NCBI RefSeq assembly: GCF_037042905.1
Contig: NC_087251.1
Span: 9,922,001-9,986,000 of the forward strand
Origin: Lytechinus pictus
Taxonomy: Eukaryota
Length of the DNA stretch: 64,000 bases
Direction: 5' to 3'
Shown here: piece by piece, positions 25,685-39,612 of the stretch
Numbering within the stretch: the first letter of the stretch is position 1
How the letters are laid out: the number at the start of each line of letters is the position of its first letter
Position numbers and translations under genes: made by a program
Notes under the pieces: generated by a model
What the model was told of the DNA's origin: nothing
What the model saw: the letters and a program-made list of their open reading frames with translations, nothing else
The model's database searches: none

Positions 25685-26505
25685 CAGTGCGTCCCATAAA
25701 AAACGAAACCGAGATTTATCAATGATTTATCATAACTTAATCACAAATACAATAGACAAATGACCTACCATTGTAAAGCTTAGAATCTCCTCTTTCATCT
25801 GAAATTACTTAAATTATTTCTCATTCACGCATGAGTGAGCAAAAACAATTTGAAGAGGGGATACCAAAAAGTCATTTGGCGGGCTGTATCTGGGTTTCAA
25901 AAAGAAAACCACATTTCTAAAAAGTTCAATATCTGCTCTTTAATTTGATACCTCAATTACAGAAACTGGTCAAGAAATAAGAAAAGTTCTGGTTATTTGA
26001 AATAAGGCTTGAATTTCAATAATTTCATAAAATGAAGAGGTTCTACAGGCTAGCTTTCAAACTCACTCGACACTCCGTTTTGTTGACGATCAGCCAAGCA
26101 TGAAGTCTTTTGTTAACCATGCGATAGCTTCTGTGGGAAACCGGTGAAAACACGTTTATTTGATGAAATTATGGAAATACAAGCATTGTTTCGAGGGAAC
26201 GTAACTTTTTTACTTCTTGACCATTTTTTGTGATTAAGGTATCAAATTAAAGAGCAGATATTGAACTTTTTAGGCATGTGATTTTCTTTTTAAAATTCAG
26301 ATACCCCCTGCCAAATGAGTTTTTGGTATCCTTTCTTCAAAATGTTTTTGCTCACTCATGCGTGAATGAGGAATAATCTAAGTAATATCAGATGAAAGAG
26401 GAGATTCTAAGCTTTACATTGGTAGGTAATTTGTCTATTGTACTTGTGATTAAGTTATGATAAATCATCGCTAAATCTCGGTTTCGTTTTTTCTGGGACG
26501 CACTG
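25685..26505. mobile_element. Tc1/mariner-type foldback MITE with ~350-bp inverted arms
   Basis: Ends CAGTGCGTCCCA...TGGGACGCACTG with TA on both sides. Arms ~25685-26035 and ~26155-26505 align as reverse complements along their length. Confidence 0.92.
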
Positions 26506-29205
26506 TATATAGCAAAAAAAAAGAGGTGATGGTTAGTCACAATAACTTATAGATCCAATATTAGATAAAATCAGAATAAAAAATTATTCTGGAATATATA
26601 AAAGTTCAGTGTGCATTGTGCAGTATCATATTTTACAGCATTCAGTTGAGAAATCATTTGATTTTTCTTTGTGTTTTTCAACTTTTTGATAGTATAGGTT
26701 TTTATGATAAATAAAAAACCCCACTGAGGTAATGATTGACTTATGACACTGTGAACCTCAATTCATTAGGTAATCACTGGTTACCATCCCCTTCAAAGTG
26801 TGATGTACATCCTCATTATAATATCATTAATAAGACCCAAGCCTTTCAGTCTGGTGAATTTTCTCAATTAACCCAATTAACCAATTCTTAATGAGTCTGA
26901 TTGCATGTTTGTTTGTTTTTAGAAGGAAATGATTGGACTTACAATTTCCTTGTGATAATGGAGCTGTCTACTCATCTTGATAAGAATGCACTTGAAGAGT
27001 CCTAAATTCCTTTATTAACCCAAAGTTCATGCAGTCACTGAAAAGTCTACTAAGTCATACCATGGTTTTTTTTAATATAAAGATTGTCTTTCTACAAGAA
27101 CACTGAAACAAGAACCAGCCTTGATGACTTTTTGAATTTTGATGATTCCATCTGCAAAATATGAAAAAAAAATATATAAAACCACAAAGTAATTGTTTTC
27201 TCTCTGCAGACCTATAGATATACTGGAGAGTTTTATATTATTCATCAATTTTCACATCCTTTTAATTAGTAAGGCCCATTTCAGTTTGATGGATTATACT
27301 CAATTACATGTATCTATTCTTAATTAGTCTAATATATGATGTTTGGTGTAGAAGGAAATAAAGGAAGTAAAGGAAGACATTCAATGAGTCAATTCTTGAA
27401 CAGAGTTCACTCACTCTTTTCAAAAGTCACATGTTATTTTCTCCAACTTAAAATCACTTTCTGTGTGATTCTGGATAGAAGAGAATTAGGATTGTTCAAT
27501 ACACTATGAACACAGGACTTGGGGCTTTAAAAATTTAATTGAAAAAAAAAGAGTCAAAGATAGTAATGAAAACAATAACAAGATCGGGAAGTGAAATGTG
27601 CGCACACATCTGGTCTGGTGCATCCTTTATGGTGAGCAAAAACAATATTGATGGCTGATGCATATCTGAATACACAAAAAATATCACGCAATGACTTGTC
27701 TGTGTTATAAGGTAGAAGAATATTGGTTTGATGATATAATTATTATTAGCAATTCAAAGGAAATATGCTCACAGATTATTTGTAGAATTATGGTATGACT
27801 TTAAGAAAGGTTGTACATTTGAAAGGTGATAATTTTCTCACTTTTCTCGCATATACACGTAGCTTGACGACAGGATCAGGCATTCATTGTCATCGCCTTG
27901 CTGGCAGAAGGGCATTAAGACTTGTGCCAATTCTTGTTTGTGAGGTACTCTCACATGCAATGTACATTTCGTATAGTTCATGCTAGAGCCAACTCCGTTC
28001 TCCCTGCCAGGCAATAATGTTGTTTAACTCTAAGGAGAGTCAGATACATGTTGGTGTTACCAAATGTCCTTTGTGTGAGTATAGACTTATGCCCTTATGA
28101 CTATGAGATGAAATCTTAATGGAATTTATCTATTTCATTGATGGTTCTCACAACAAGGCTTTGTGATACATGTATATTTCTCATTATATAATATTGATAT
28201 TTGCAAAGATAATACATTATCACAATGATCATCTGTAGTTCTCTACCTTTCCAATCACAAAATTGTGGTTTTATCATAAATATCAAATAGGATTTCCCAT
28301 GAATTCCATTGCAATGACGTTGATTGCCTGAATGGAATATTTGTTTCTTAAAATAGATTGATTAAAACTATATCTATTCGAGGAAAAACACTGTCTCGGC
28401 CTGGTCTGTTTCTCAATCAGACAGGAATCATGAGGATGTGATAGAGTTCCTGTATTGCCCTGGCCTACGCTCTAAACAAACTTATGTTTTCATTCATAAT
28501 GACTCTCATTCCTCTACCTCAGACATATAAATGTAGACATAGCGGTATCATTACTCATAGCAGAGGATTTGTAGACTGGGGTGATTGGCATTGCAGGGCA
28601 ATACTCAGATCAAAATCTGAAATAGGATTTGTTTTCCTGATCTGTGCAGATAAACGTTAATTACATAGGATACATCACTGTCAGAAACAAGGCTAGTTTC
28701 AACTGTCATATACCTTCTATGTTTTCAGGAAAGGCGAGCTATAAAGAATATTAATGATGAGGTATACACCACAAAGTACATGTAAGTTTCATATGCTTTA
28801 CTAATAATGAAATTAATTGAACATTTAAAGTAATTTAGATAACATTTAGTTGATTACATCTTACCATTCTTTAAAAAAGTACAAATTAATCTTCTTTACA
28901 AAATACTATCTGCTGAAAATGGAACTATATAGGAAGCTTACCATTAAACTTAGAAAACAAAAATGGGAGCAATGTATAGTCTATTGGGACAATTCAAGTT
29001 TTAACAAATCCTGATCCTTGATACATAAGTTGTGATAGCAGTTTAGAAATAAGGATCATTATTTGGCACAAATCTGACAACATAACAGCATGTTGTAAAT
29101 GCTGCATGAGATTTGTTCTGGATATTCATTTAATTTCTTTTCTCTTGATGATGGAAATATATTTCAATCCATGCCCCAGTGAGGTTGCACTCATTGAGAT
29201 CTATG

Positions 29206-29548
29206 AGGCCATTCTCATTACGCTTTCTAAAACTAGTTTACTGGAAACCGATTCAGGAAACCAGTTTGGAAGATCGCTTTGCTAGCGTTCCCACTTGATC
29301 ACACGAAAGTGGTTTTCAAAATCACTTCACGTAAAGCGATCTTGTTGCTATGGAAACGCTCCCAGTGGGGTGACACGTTTCACGCGAAATTCGAAACCGC
29401 AGTGTATAGGCATTCTACACCTGTCGTGTGGAGTAGCGCGCTTAAAATGTGCGAAGATCGCAATAAGCCCGCTCCAAAGCCCCCGTTTTTTGTCTCGCCA
29501 ACGGCACATCCTACCAATTTTTTGGTCGAGTACCCCCCCCCCCCCGGT
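29206..29548. repeat. CpG-rich composite repeat fragment ending in GAGTAC-poly(C)-GG
   Basis: Abrupt CpG-rich island inside a CpG-poor intron, with repeated GGAAACC motifs. No matching second terminus found. Confidence 0.45.
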
Positions 29549-32290
29549 GAAACCCCTTTCACTGTTACTTTCTGAATAGAAGTGGTTCCCATCAAACTGA
29601 TTTTAGTGGGAATTGGTTCACAGTGAACACCGACTCCAAGCTTTACTTGGAAGCAGTAGATTTTCAGGATTGCTTTCTTTCCTATGTGAACAAGTTAAGG
29701 GGTCCATTGCAGAAAGTGCTGTGATCAAAGCATCTCCAAAAACCAAACGCAGTTTGATTTTCAACTAGTGAAAAGCATGCATTAGGAACTTGCGCTTGAA
29801 GCATTCCCATGGTAAGAAGATTCGTTTTGGTGTAGTTGGAACGGCCTAAGAAAAGAGGCTGAACACGGTAGGATTTTTCTGAAAGGCACCCTAAACAGTG
29901 ACTTCAGATCTCTGTCTAATATTGTTATTTGGATTGATTTGGAGTTTAGAGTTTAAATTAGACTTTGCTTGACTCTTGTCAAGACATGTCCTTCCAATAT
30001 ATCTGGTTTTATTACTTTACAACATGCCCTTTAATTTTTACACAGAAACTGAAAGATATTTGTTATGAAATAATTGGTATAATGATGGTCTTTATAGGCT
30101 ATTATTTAAAGTAATGTCTTTACTTTATCTAATCACATGTGAAGTACTTTTTATTAGATTCTCTGTAATCAATCATCAAAATTAAGACTTTTAGAAAGAA
30201 GACTGTCTTATTTCAAACAATGCAAAGCTGCATATTTTCATTTATGCTGGCCATATAATTTTTTCTTATGCCAACTTAATAATCTAGGGATGCGATTCTG
30301 ATGCCAGTGTCGTAATTTCACTGAAGAGTCTAATCTTTTCAGCCTCTTCGTTTACAAGTTTCAGACTTTGCATATAACAAGCATACATGTACATGTACCA
30401 CTGGAGTATGCATGCATACAATATTTTCTAGAAATCTGATTTTCAATTGTTGTGTTCTTCAGACTGGTTACAGAGCAAGTTCAGGGAGAGTTCACTCTTG
30501 GAATATTACTTAGTCTAAATGGATAGGCACCAGTTGCAAGAAATTTATTGTATTTATCACTCTGCAGAATGGTATCTAATTGATGATTTGTTCAATTTAT
30601 TGGGGGGTGAGGGATGGGGATTGGCCCTTCCCCAGTCGCAGGAGCTACCTGGATGGGTGTCCAAACTTCCAAAGTGATCCAATTTGTTTAGTTGAAATGT
30701 TTTCAGTTCAGTTATAAATAAAGTCCTGAGAAGAAAAAAATCAGGTTATTTCTTGAATGGATCTTTTCTTGGAAGTTGGACAATATATGAAAATATTTTT
30801 AAATCAGTTTCATGCTAATTTTCATTTTGTTTTCATTCTTGAACCTTCACTTTAATATTTTCAATTTGGACTCCAGCTTCCTTTCATGAAGGTTCAACTG
30901 TACCTTGACCTTGTCACCATTGTTCATATAATCCACAGCAGGCAGAGGCATGTGCTTCTCTTATCTTCCAACTGACTCAGAAAATGTATCCTTACTCATG
31001 TTTAGTACCAGAAAACTGTAAAATGACAGTCACATAGCATGAATGAAGGGTTCATGTAATTTCATGTGACAGAACGGAAGATGAGTAGTGTGGCTTATTT
31101 ACATGTATGTGTCTTCTTTCCTATTTTGCTTGAACAAAATTTTGCTGGATCTATTCATGTGGAATTAATTTAGTGTCTGATTTCAAAGAAACTGGAATAA
31201 AGATCAAGACAATTCATTAATTGAGAATTTTGAAAACCCAGTGATTTTAAATGTTATAGTATGTGCTTGTAGTTTATCACTCACCCTTCAATTTAAAGAA
31301 CATTATCGTTATTATATCTTTCTTCATACTTTTAAAGATTTCTGGAAAGTGAGAAGTGTGAAACCGTTTTTGAGAAATATGAGTACTACTTGAAGCCATT
31401 TATTTTTTTGGAATAAAGTCTTTCGTCTTCAATATCAGGAATTGTATCAAATTCTGAGAGTGTGAATGTAAGACTTGAGGGAGGTCAGACTGATTTTATC
31501 ACATTGACTTAAAGGATTATGACAGTGGGTGTAGTAGGGTGCGTGATGTCTTCATAATACTTCTAAAATATTCTTATGAACTAAGTTGAGTCCAGCCGTG
31601 CACACCACCATAGTTTTAGGGAAAGTCAGATCCCTGTTGTTTTGTTGTTCCGAAACAACATGGATGTGATTTTCGGCATTCTTGCGTGGACATCCGATAT
31701 CATCTTGGGATTGCATCCCAGAATTGGTGGTGACATGGATGAGGTCTTTGAGATGTTGACAGGAGAGTGAAACTGAGAATTTCCTGAGTTTCTGTGATAG
31801 AAACATGAGGTGAGTTTGAGGATGTGTTCAGGCTTCAAAGACAAGGTGGTGGACATTGCAGGTTAGAGTCAAGAGGGTCCTTATTTCCCAATTACCAATC
31901 GCCAAGTGTAACCTTATGCATTTATGCAAGGAATATATCCCTCCTGTGTTTTTAGAAGAAAAAAAATCAAACACCTTTTGACTGGCATCAATATGAAAAT
32001 AATATTCTTTGAAATGATTTAAAGCGTATGCAGGGCTCACGATTAACGGTGGCCTTGGGGCCAATGGCCACCCAAAATTGCACCGGGCCACCCAAATATG
32101 TAGGAACAGTGGCCCGGGTGGCACCCCAAAAATAACAAAATGAAAAAAATTACTATTTATTTGGTAAAATGAAAATTACATAAAGAATACATGCAAATAT
32201 CAAAGAAAAATATAAATGAAAATTTTGAAGTTGTAATTCCGTCAAACTGCGTCTTATTCTGTATCATGTGTGCAGCAGCTATACTCCGTC

Positions 32291-33250
32291 TTTTTGTCTC
32301 ACCTGCATAGCAGAGTGAGACTATAGGCGCCGCTTTTCCGACGGCGACGGCGGCGGCGGCGGCGTCAACACCAAATCTTAACCTGAGGTTAAGTTTTTGA
32401 AATGACAGCATAACTTAGAAAGTATATGGACCTAGTTCATGAAACTTGGCCATAAGGTTAATCAAGTATTACTGAACATCCTGCCTGAGTTTCATGTCAC
32501 ATGACCAAGGTTAAAGGTCATTTAGGGTCAATGAACTTAGACCATGTTGGGGGAATCAACATCAAAATCTTAACCTAAGGTTAAGTTTTTGAAATGTCAT
32601 CATAACTTAGAAAATATATGGACCTAGTTCATGAAACTTATACATAAGGTTAATCAAGTATCACTAAACATCCTGCATGAGTTTCACGTCACATGACCAA
32701 GGTCAAAGGTCATTTAGGGTCAATGAACTTTGGCCGAATTGGGGGTATCTGTTGAATTACCATCATAACTTTGAAAGTTTATGGATCTGATTCATGAAAC
32801 TTGGACATAATAGTAATCAAGTATTACTGAACATCCTGTGCAAGTTTCAGGTCACATGATCAAGGTCAAAGGTCATTTAGGGTCAATGAACTTTGGCCAA
32901 ATTGGGGTATTTGTTGAATTACAGCCATAAATTTGAAAGTGTGTTGGTCTAGTTCATAAAACTTGGACATAAGAGTAATCAAGTATCACTGAACATCCTG
33001 TGCGAGTTTCAGGTCACATGATCAAGGTCAAAGGTCATGTAAGGTCAAAGAACTTTGGCCACGTTGGGGGTATTTGTTGAATTGCCATCATATCTCTATA
33101 AGTGTATTGGTCTAATTCATAAAACGTGGAAATAAGAGTAACCAAGTATCACTAAACATCTTGTGCGAGTTATAGTAGTTTTCAAAATCAGCACTGCTGC
33201 TATATTGAATCGCGTGATGCAGGTGAGACGGCCAGAGGCATTCCACTTGT
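32291..33250 (+). mobile_element. Non-autonomous Helentron/DINE-1-like element (HINE), copy 2
   Basis: TTTTT then GTCTCACCTGCAT (32296-32308) / ATGCAGGTGAGAC (33217-33229). 5' stem-loop GTCTCAC..GTGAGAC, (GGC)n, about five tandem units (~192 and ~163 bp), short 3' hairpin GCCAGAGGC, ends CCACTTGT|T. No TSD. Confidence 0.85.
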
Positions 33251-36200
33251 TATATATTATGTAGGCTTTATACATGTGCTCCGCGATCCTGCAGATACAG
33301 TTTTTCCACATACATATATGTATCGGTATGAGAAAAAAAGGGTAATTATAGGCTTAACGTTAGGCTAGGATTTGCTTGTCAAAAGTATGTATTTTCTAAA
33401 AAAAAATTGAACATGAACACACTCTGATTCAATGCACCCTATATGGTTGAAACCATTCTTGTCTCCCGCTATGAATATGTTTCAAGTACATTTCTCATGA
33501 GGTACCTAACAAACTGACCTGTTGACTGCATTAGTTTGACATAACTCTGCAGTTGGTAAAAAATGGCAGAACCTCCCAAACAACCCCTCTATTATCTTCC
33601 CTGAAGGAGTTCAGCTTTCAAAGTGAAAGCAGATGCCATTTCATATTATCAAAGACATATTTATGCCTTGAGAATAACAGCAAACATGCATCAGATCATT
33701 ACTGTGGTTGTAAGAAATTGATTTGTTGACTTGAATACATTTGAAATTGTATATGCACAAGGTGCAATAACCGTAGCAATTGTGAAATATGGTTCACAGA
33801 GACATCATTATCCAGACATAAATTGTACATCATAGATCTCAAGTCCTTCATATTTGAGGGTCACAAGACCACCCTCCCCTGGAAAGAAACCAATTTCATA
33901 TTTAAATTTAGAGAGCAATAACATGGCATACTTTCAACTGTGTAAAAGGTTTTCACTTCCAGATTTCCTGCAATAAATTTTGAGCTGGAATATGCAATGA
34001 ATTTGCCATTTCCCCCTTCATTTCATTTTTCAATTCAACGGCAACCTGAGTATAATGGTATTTCTATGAGCTTGTATTTGATCACGTAAATGCGATGTCA
34101 AATCATGTCTCTTTGTCATGATTTAGTAGCTTGTTGTTTGTTCAGAGTGAACTTTTTCTTTTTCATGCCTTCCTCTGCCTCTGATTGTTTGCTTGCATAG
34201 CCAGTGCCACGGGGTTGAAGGTGAATATCCAAATGCCCTTTTACACATCCATATAGATGTAACTGTATTTTTGCACTACTAGTAAAGTAGTATTAGATTT
34301 GTAGACACCGTCTTGTATGGGCGATGAAGGCTATACAGGCTAATGTTTAGATCTACTTTAAAAATAAATCATGTTATTAATTCATTTATTAATTCTTTAT
34401 TTATTTAATTTAATTTAATTTTTTATTATTATTATTATTATTTTTTTTTTTTTTTTGGGGGGGAGGGCGGGGAGACCCTTTGCAAAATAATATATCCAGC
34501 CAACTTACAACTTTGTACTATGAAGCTGTCTTGCAAGTTACATTCAACATTTATGTACATGTATGCATTTAAATACAAACCTTAAAAAAATATGTTGTAT
34601 TAAAGTTAGAATATTAAGTATTTTTCCAATTTTTGTCCCCTTTTTTTAAATTAAAAAAAAAGTTGTTTGAAAGGTCCTTCATTTATAAAGGCCTAATCTT
34701 TATTGTGGATTTAGAATTAAAATGTATTTTACCTTAGAACTAAGTTGGTAAATGTCACTGAGGGGAAAATTAGCAAGTAGGTAGAAATATTATTATTACG
34801 GTAACCACTAAACTGCTCAATGACCTTCAAATTGCTTTGATTGAGCATAATGATTCCAACAAAATGTTTTTAATCTCATGCTTGGCTTTATCTGGATTGA
34901 ACAGTTCAGTTCATGCCATTTATAAGGTTTCTTCCAAACTAAACAGACAAATGATTTGTTTTCTTCTCCATGTTATGTTTGCTAATGTTGACAACATTTT
35001 ACGGCCTCTGTTTAAAAAATAAACATGAAACACATGAGCATTTCCTCAGGATTGTTGCTGTTGTTGCCAAAATATGGCAGTTCATTGATGCCAATGCAGA
35101 GATTAAATTTCAAATATAAATCCATCCTATTTTCATTTTATATTTCCCATTTGCAATTGACATTACACCTGTAGTATAATTAAATACTGTATGTGGTGAA
35201 TTAATAGACATGTCTGCAGTACATTGATAGATACCAAGTAGGCCTACAGAGTACATTACCTGACTGCCAGTGTCAGGTGTTTTGTTAAATAGGATCATTC
35301 TTGTTTTGGGGAAAAGAATGTTTAATTAATTTTAACATATGCATTCGTAGATGTATTTTTTGTTAAAAAAATGAATAGGAAATTTAAGAATGTTCCTAGC
35401 TCAGGAAATTAATTATTTATTTGTTCTATTTCTTTGCTGTCAGGGTTGGCAGGTATATAAAATTATGGTAACATAAGGAGGTGAATTTGGAAAACTGCCA
35501 CATTCAAAGTATGTGGATTTATTATACATGTGAATGAAAAGCAGCATAGGTATTGTATGGTCAATTCCAACATATTATCCAATTACAGTCCCATTGCCCT
35601 TGTATGGAAGCCCTTAAAATGATTGCCCCTCCCCTCTCTCTATTTACAGACCATGCATAGTCTAGAAAAACGTACTGTGATAGCAAATAAAACTATGTCA
35701 TTTTCTGTTTACGCTTTGAATTATAGGCTAGATGTTTGTTATGAATGGTCGTCTGGTCTAACTCATTTTTTTCTCGTAAATTCATTATGCAAATGTCTGT
35801 AAGGTTCCATGAATACTAGACTGAGTATATTTTGCCACTTTTGACCAAAAGAATATACCTGTATCTGTATCTAAAGAGATGAGGAATGGTACCTATAGTT
35901 GACTGTCTGGTATTGAAAAATGATTTTTTTTCTTCATTTTACCAGTACACTATGAGCTCTTGGTGTATAGATAAAAAGCTTTCCAATCTTGGCATTTCAA
36001 GTATATTTAAATTAAATTCATTATTTGGTAAAGGTAACTAACAACAATGTTGGAATAGAGATGGGTTTTAGATAAGATCTTTGTTGAGGGAAAAAGGATG
36101 TGACTTGAGAAGCCACCTTGAAGTGAAAATTGGAAATTAAAGCGACTGCCTCGTAATGACAGCACCAGACCCTAAACATAGGTCTGAGGATGGAAAGGGC

Positions 36201-36790
36201 AGGTCCATTGGGACCATTCGGAAGTCAGTCTGAAGAGCCTAGACCAGCTCCTCTTCCAGATTGATGGCACAGCACAAGACCATCTCTTGTATCCAGATAC
36301 AGAGACCTATTATCTTGTGGTTTCTCTTCCTCCCAATCATTCACCCTCACCTCACATGCGCGCACACACACACAGAGTGTGGTTTGTCTATTGGGGGTGT
36401 AGATCAACTCCCTATGACATCACTTTTGCGGCTTGAAACAAAATCATTTGGTATGCTGGGTGCACTGCTGGTATGGCACACATATTGGAAAGGTGCACAT
36501 TACAGACTGCAGATCTCTTTTGTGATGTCACTGGAGCATGTAATGTTCATATAAATGGGAAATGTGAGAGAATGAAGGCTGAATTCTGTATTTGGAGGAT
36601 CTATGATTTGTGGAACTGTAATGTGTCCCATGGTATTGTCATACAGGATGCTGACATTCAGTGAGAAGTCTTGCTTCAATGATGCATAGTCGATATTTCA
36701 TTATCGCTCTATCATTCGTTTGAAATGGAGCGCTAGAGAGAGAGATAGAGAAGAAGTATGTAACTCTCATGTAGTAAAACAATTCTTTGG

Positions 36791-36935
36791 ATGGTCCAGA
36801 AAAAAATTTCTGGAGAGAAAATGGTGGATTTTGTGCGTGGTTGCAGTACCAGAGATGTCATTAAAATGGATTCTATAAATTTGGATAATAATCTGGATTC
36901 ACTCCTGGATCTAGACGACTTCAGTTTCATGAGTG
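36791..36935 (+). CDS. Putative alternative first coding exon of the RhoGEF gene
   Basis: ATG 36791 gives MVQKKISGEKMVDFVRGCSTRDVIKMDSINLDNNLDSLLDLDDFSFMS, then G|GTATGT, a phase-1 donor in frame with exon 46617. Confidence 0.5.
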
Positions 36936-39385
36936 GTATGTATCATGACATTCTCTAAAGAGACATGGGCCTTAATGGTGATCATGTGGCACATAGGGGC
37001 TGGGATAAACCTAGGCCAATATTCCTCCACCAGTGTCACACCGAAGTAATATTTTATCTTCAAGAGCATCTCTGCATGTTTTTATATTTTGTCTTTTTTA
37101 ATATATTTCCCCTCCACAAATATAGGGGCTTCTATGAAAGAGTTTCCAGCTCAAGTACTTGACTGGTATTTTAAAAGAGAATGCCAATGATTTTTCACAC
37201 AATTAAATGGTCAATTATCCAACATGAATTTTTTTTATACTGACATAATTCTAGTGTCGTCGACTCGTCGTTATTCCTAATCTTCTTCAAAAGCCTGATA
37301 ACCTGATTTCATTTTACTCATGGTTATATGTATAGCCTAGGCATACCTGCCAATTGGAAATAGAAATAGTCTGTATATAGGTCTACTCTAATTTACAGGG
37401 GTTCATAAAAGAAGAATCCATATTAGCTGTGATTTTTGACCAGTGTAACTTTGAATTTAGATTTGCATAATATCATGATGTGAATGTAAGTAGTTCAAGA
37501 TATATCTTTAACTAAGAATTGAATCCAAACCAAGAGTTTTTACTAGTTGCCAGCAACAACCATTTTTAAATTCATGAAATTTAGAGTATTGTTTTATTAA
37601 AAGAATCATTGCAAGCAGGTTGATTGCAAGGAAAACTAGATGCATCTTCAAGGAGTGACTTGAGGTCTGGTTCAAGCCTACACTGTAGCAAGTTCATTCC
37701 ATTTTGATTGCTGTCAAGATCATTCGGAAACCACAAAGTTCACATTAACTACATCCACATGGTCTTGAGAGTCCCCCTCATCCTGCAATGATCTAAATAT
37801 AACATTTCAAGAGGAATCGCATCAGAATATTCACTTACTTTTGGATGGATTATTTGATGGGGAAAGGGAATTCATATGCTAATTTTTGCCGAAATTCATT
37901 GGAAAAAGGTTAGGTCTACTCTATTTTGCCTTTTTAGAAAGGATTTTGTATACATTATGTAATTAACCTCATTTATACTTGAATGTTGCTGTGAGAATTT
38001 GATATCTAGCACTAATAAATTGGAGGCTGTTCAAAGTGCTATGCACCTCCATATGGTATAGCCTATACATATAGGCCCTTTATAATATTCTTAAGTTTTT
38101 AGAATTTTTTTAAATTACGGAAATTGAAAAAGCATGTCATGAACTTTCTTCTGGTACCATTCTCTACCCTAAAAGTGACGTCATTATGGCGTAATAAGCA
38201 AAAACATTCCAACATTCTTAATGCACATGGATGCGTCCTTTTTCTGTTAACTGGATCGCGCATTTCATGCCCGGAAAAAAGACATTTCTTTGTTCAACGT
38301 GATTACGCACTAGCGGCCTTCTTTTGGGAACTTGATCAGTGGATTGTGTATTTTTCTTCCCAGAAAAAGGGCATATGGTATTCATTCTTAAAGATTAGAA
38401 AGTGTTAAAATATCATTATCAATTAAGAAGATATCTTGCTTTGTCAGAAAGTTTGATAAATAGGACAGAAAATAATACACTAGCTGCTAAAAGCACAAAA
38501 ATAAGGTCAAAACATAATTTGCACACTAAGTCCCTTCTTGCGAGAAGCCAAAAACTGATATACAGGTATCACCATCATCATTGAATTGAAAGGTTGAACA
38601 ATAAAATCATAATAGTGTGAAAGAGGTTCTCTTTTTGGTTGGGTGAAGGAAGAAGGAAGGGTATATCAAAGAAGTGGGGAACTGACTCATTTTTAGATGA
38701 TTTCTGATAATAGTTTTGATTTCATTGCCTTACTGTGCAATTATTACAATCATGTTTTATAATCTGTTTATCTTAAAGCTTAGGTACAGAGTTTTTCCAT
38801 TATGAATATGATATGATTTTTTTTAGGCCTAAATAATTATGATGATAAAAGGAGAAAAGGATCTGGATGAATAAACTTAATGAAAACATACACAGAAAGA
38901 GCATATTAGTTTATAGTTTATTCTGATCTTGATAAACTATTGGGTCATTTTTTTTTGTCTTCCTTGACATTTATTTCCTTAATTTCCTGATTTAGTATAG
39001 ATTTCACAGATAATCAAAAGCATAAATCGGTTGAACTCCAATCTACCTATGCAATTCGACTACAGATATTGCAAACAGGTGAAGTGGGCACTTCCATATT
39101 GCACAAAGTAGTGTACACTGAAAGGTTAATAAGGGTTAAATGGACCCTGCTTTAAGTTTTTACAGTCCTATTCTTAGATACCCCAAGGGCTTCTTATTAT
39201 TGGTTTGAGCCCTTTCACTGCCAAGTTCTAATTTGTTTCTGCCTCTGATGTCCAATTTTGGTTTTGGACTAATCCCTCACTTTTACACTATTGAACCAAA
39301 AGTGGAAATGTTCGATGCCTATTATTGTTTTGAATCATCGAACTCAAAGAATTTTGTATCAAAGACAATCAGATTATTCTGATAC

Positions 39386-39612
39386 CAGTGGCATACGCAG
39401 GATTTTTTTTAAACGGGGGGAGGTTTCAAGCTGAATGAAATGTGGACAACGCCCCCCCGCAAAAAAAAAAAAGTCTTTACCACAATTTGTAGGTCGTTTC
39501 ACTTTCATACCCAAGAAACATTTGACAAGCAACAGAATTTTAGGGGGGGGAATTTGAATTCTTGGGGGGGGGGGGGTTGAACACCTGTAACCACCCCCTG
39601 TGTACACCACTG
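39386..39612. mobile_element. hAT-type MITE (227 bp)
   Basis: Perfect 8-bp TSD TCTGATAC (39378-85 and 39613-20). TIR CAGTGGCATACGCAGG / CCTGTGTACACCACTG. Confidence 0.9.

Noticed and set aside
31660..31815. ORF MDVIFGILAW... and strong donor AG|GTGAGT at 31810 as another coding first exon
   Set aside because: The ORF stops before the donor and the phase-1 frame has TGA directly before it; at most a non-coding exon.
32031..32130. CAGGGCTCACG... GC-rich start of a possible hAT element hosting the Helentron-like copy 2
   Set aside because: No matching right terminus or TSD found, so nesting cannot be shown.
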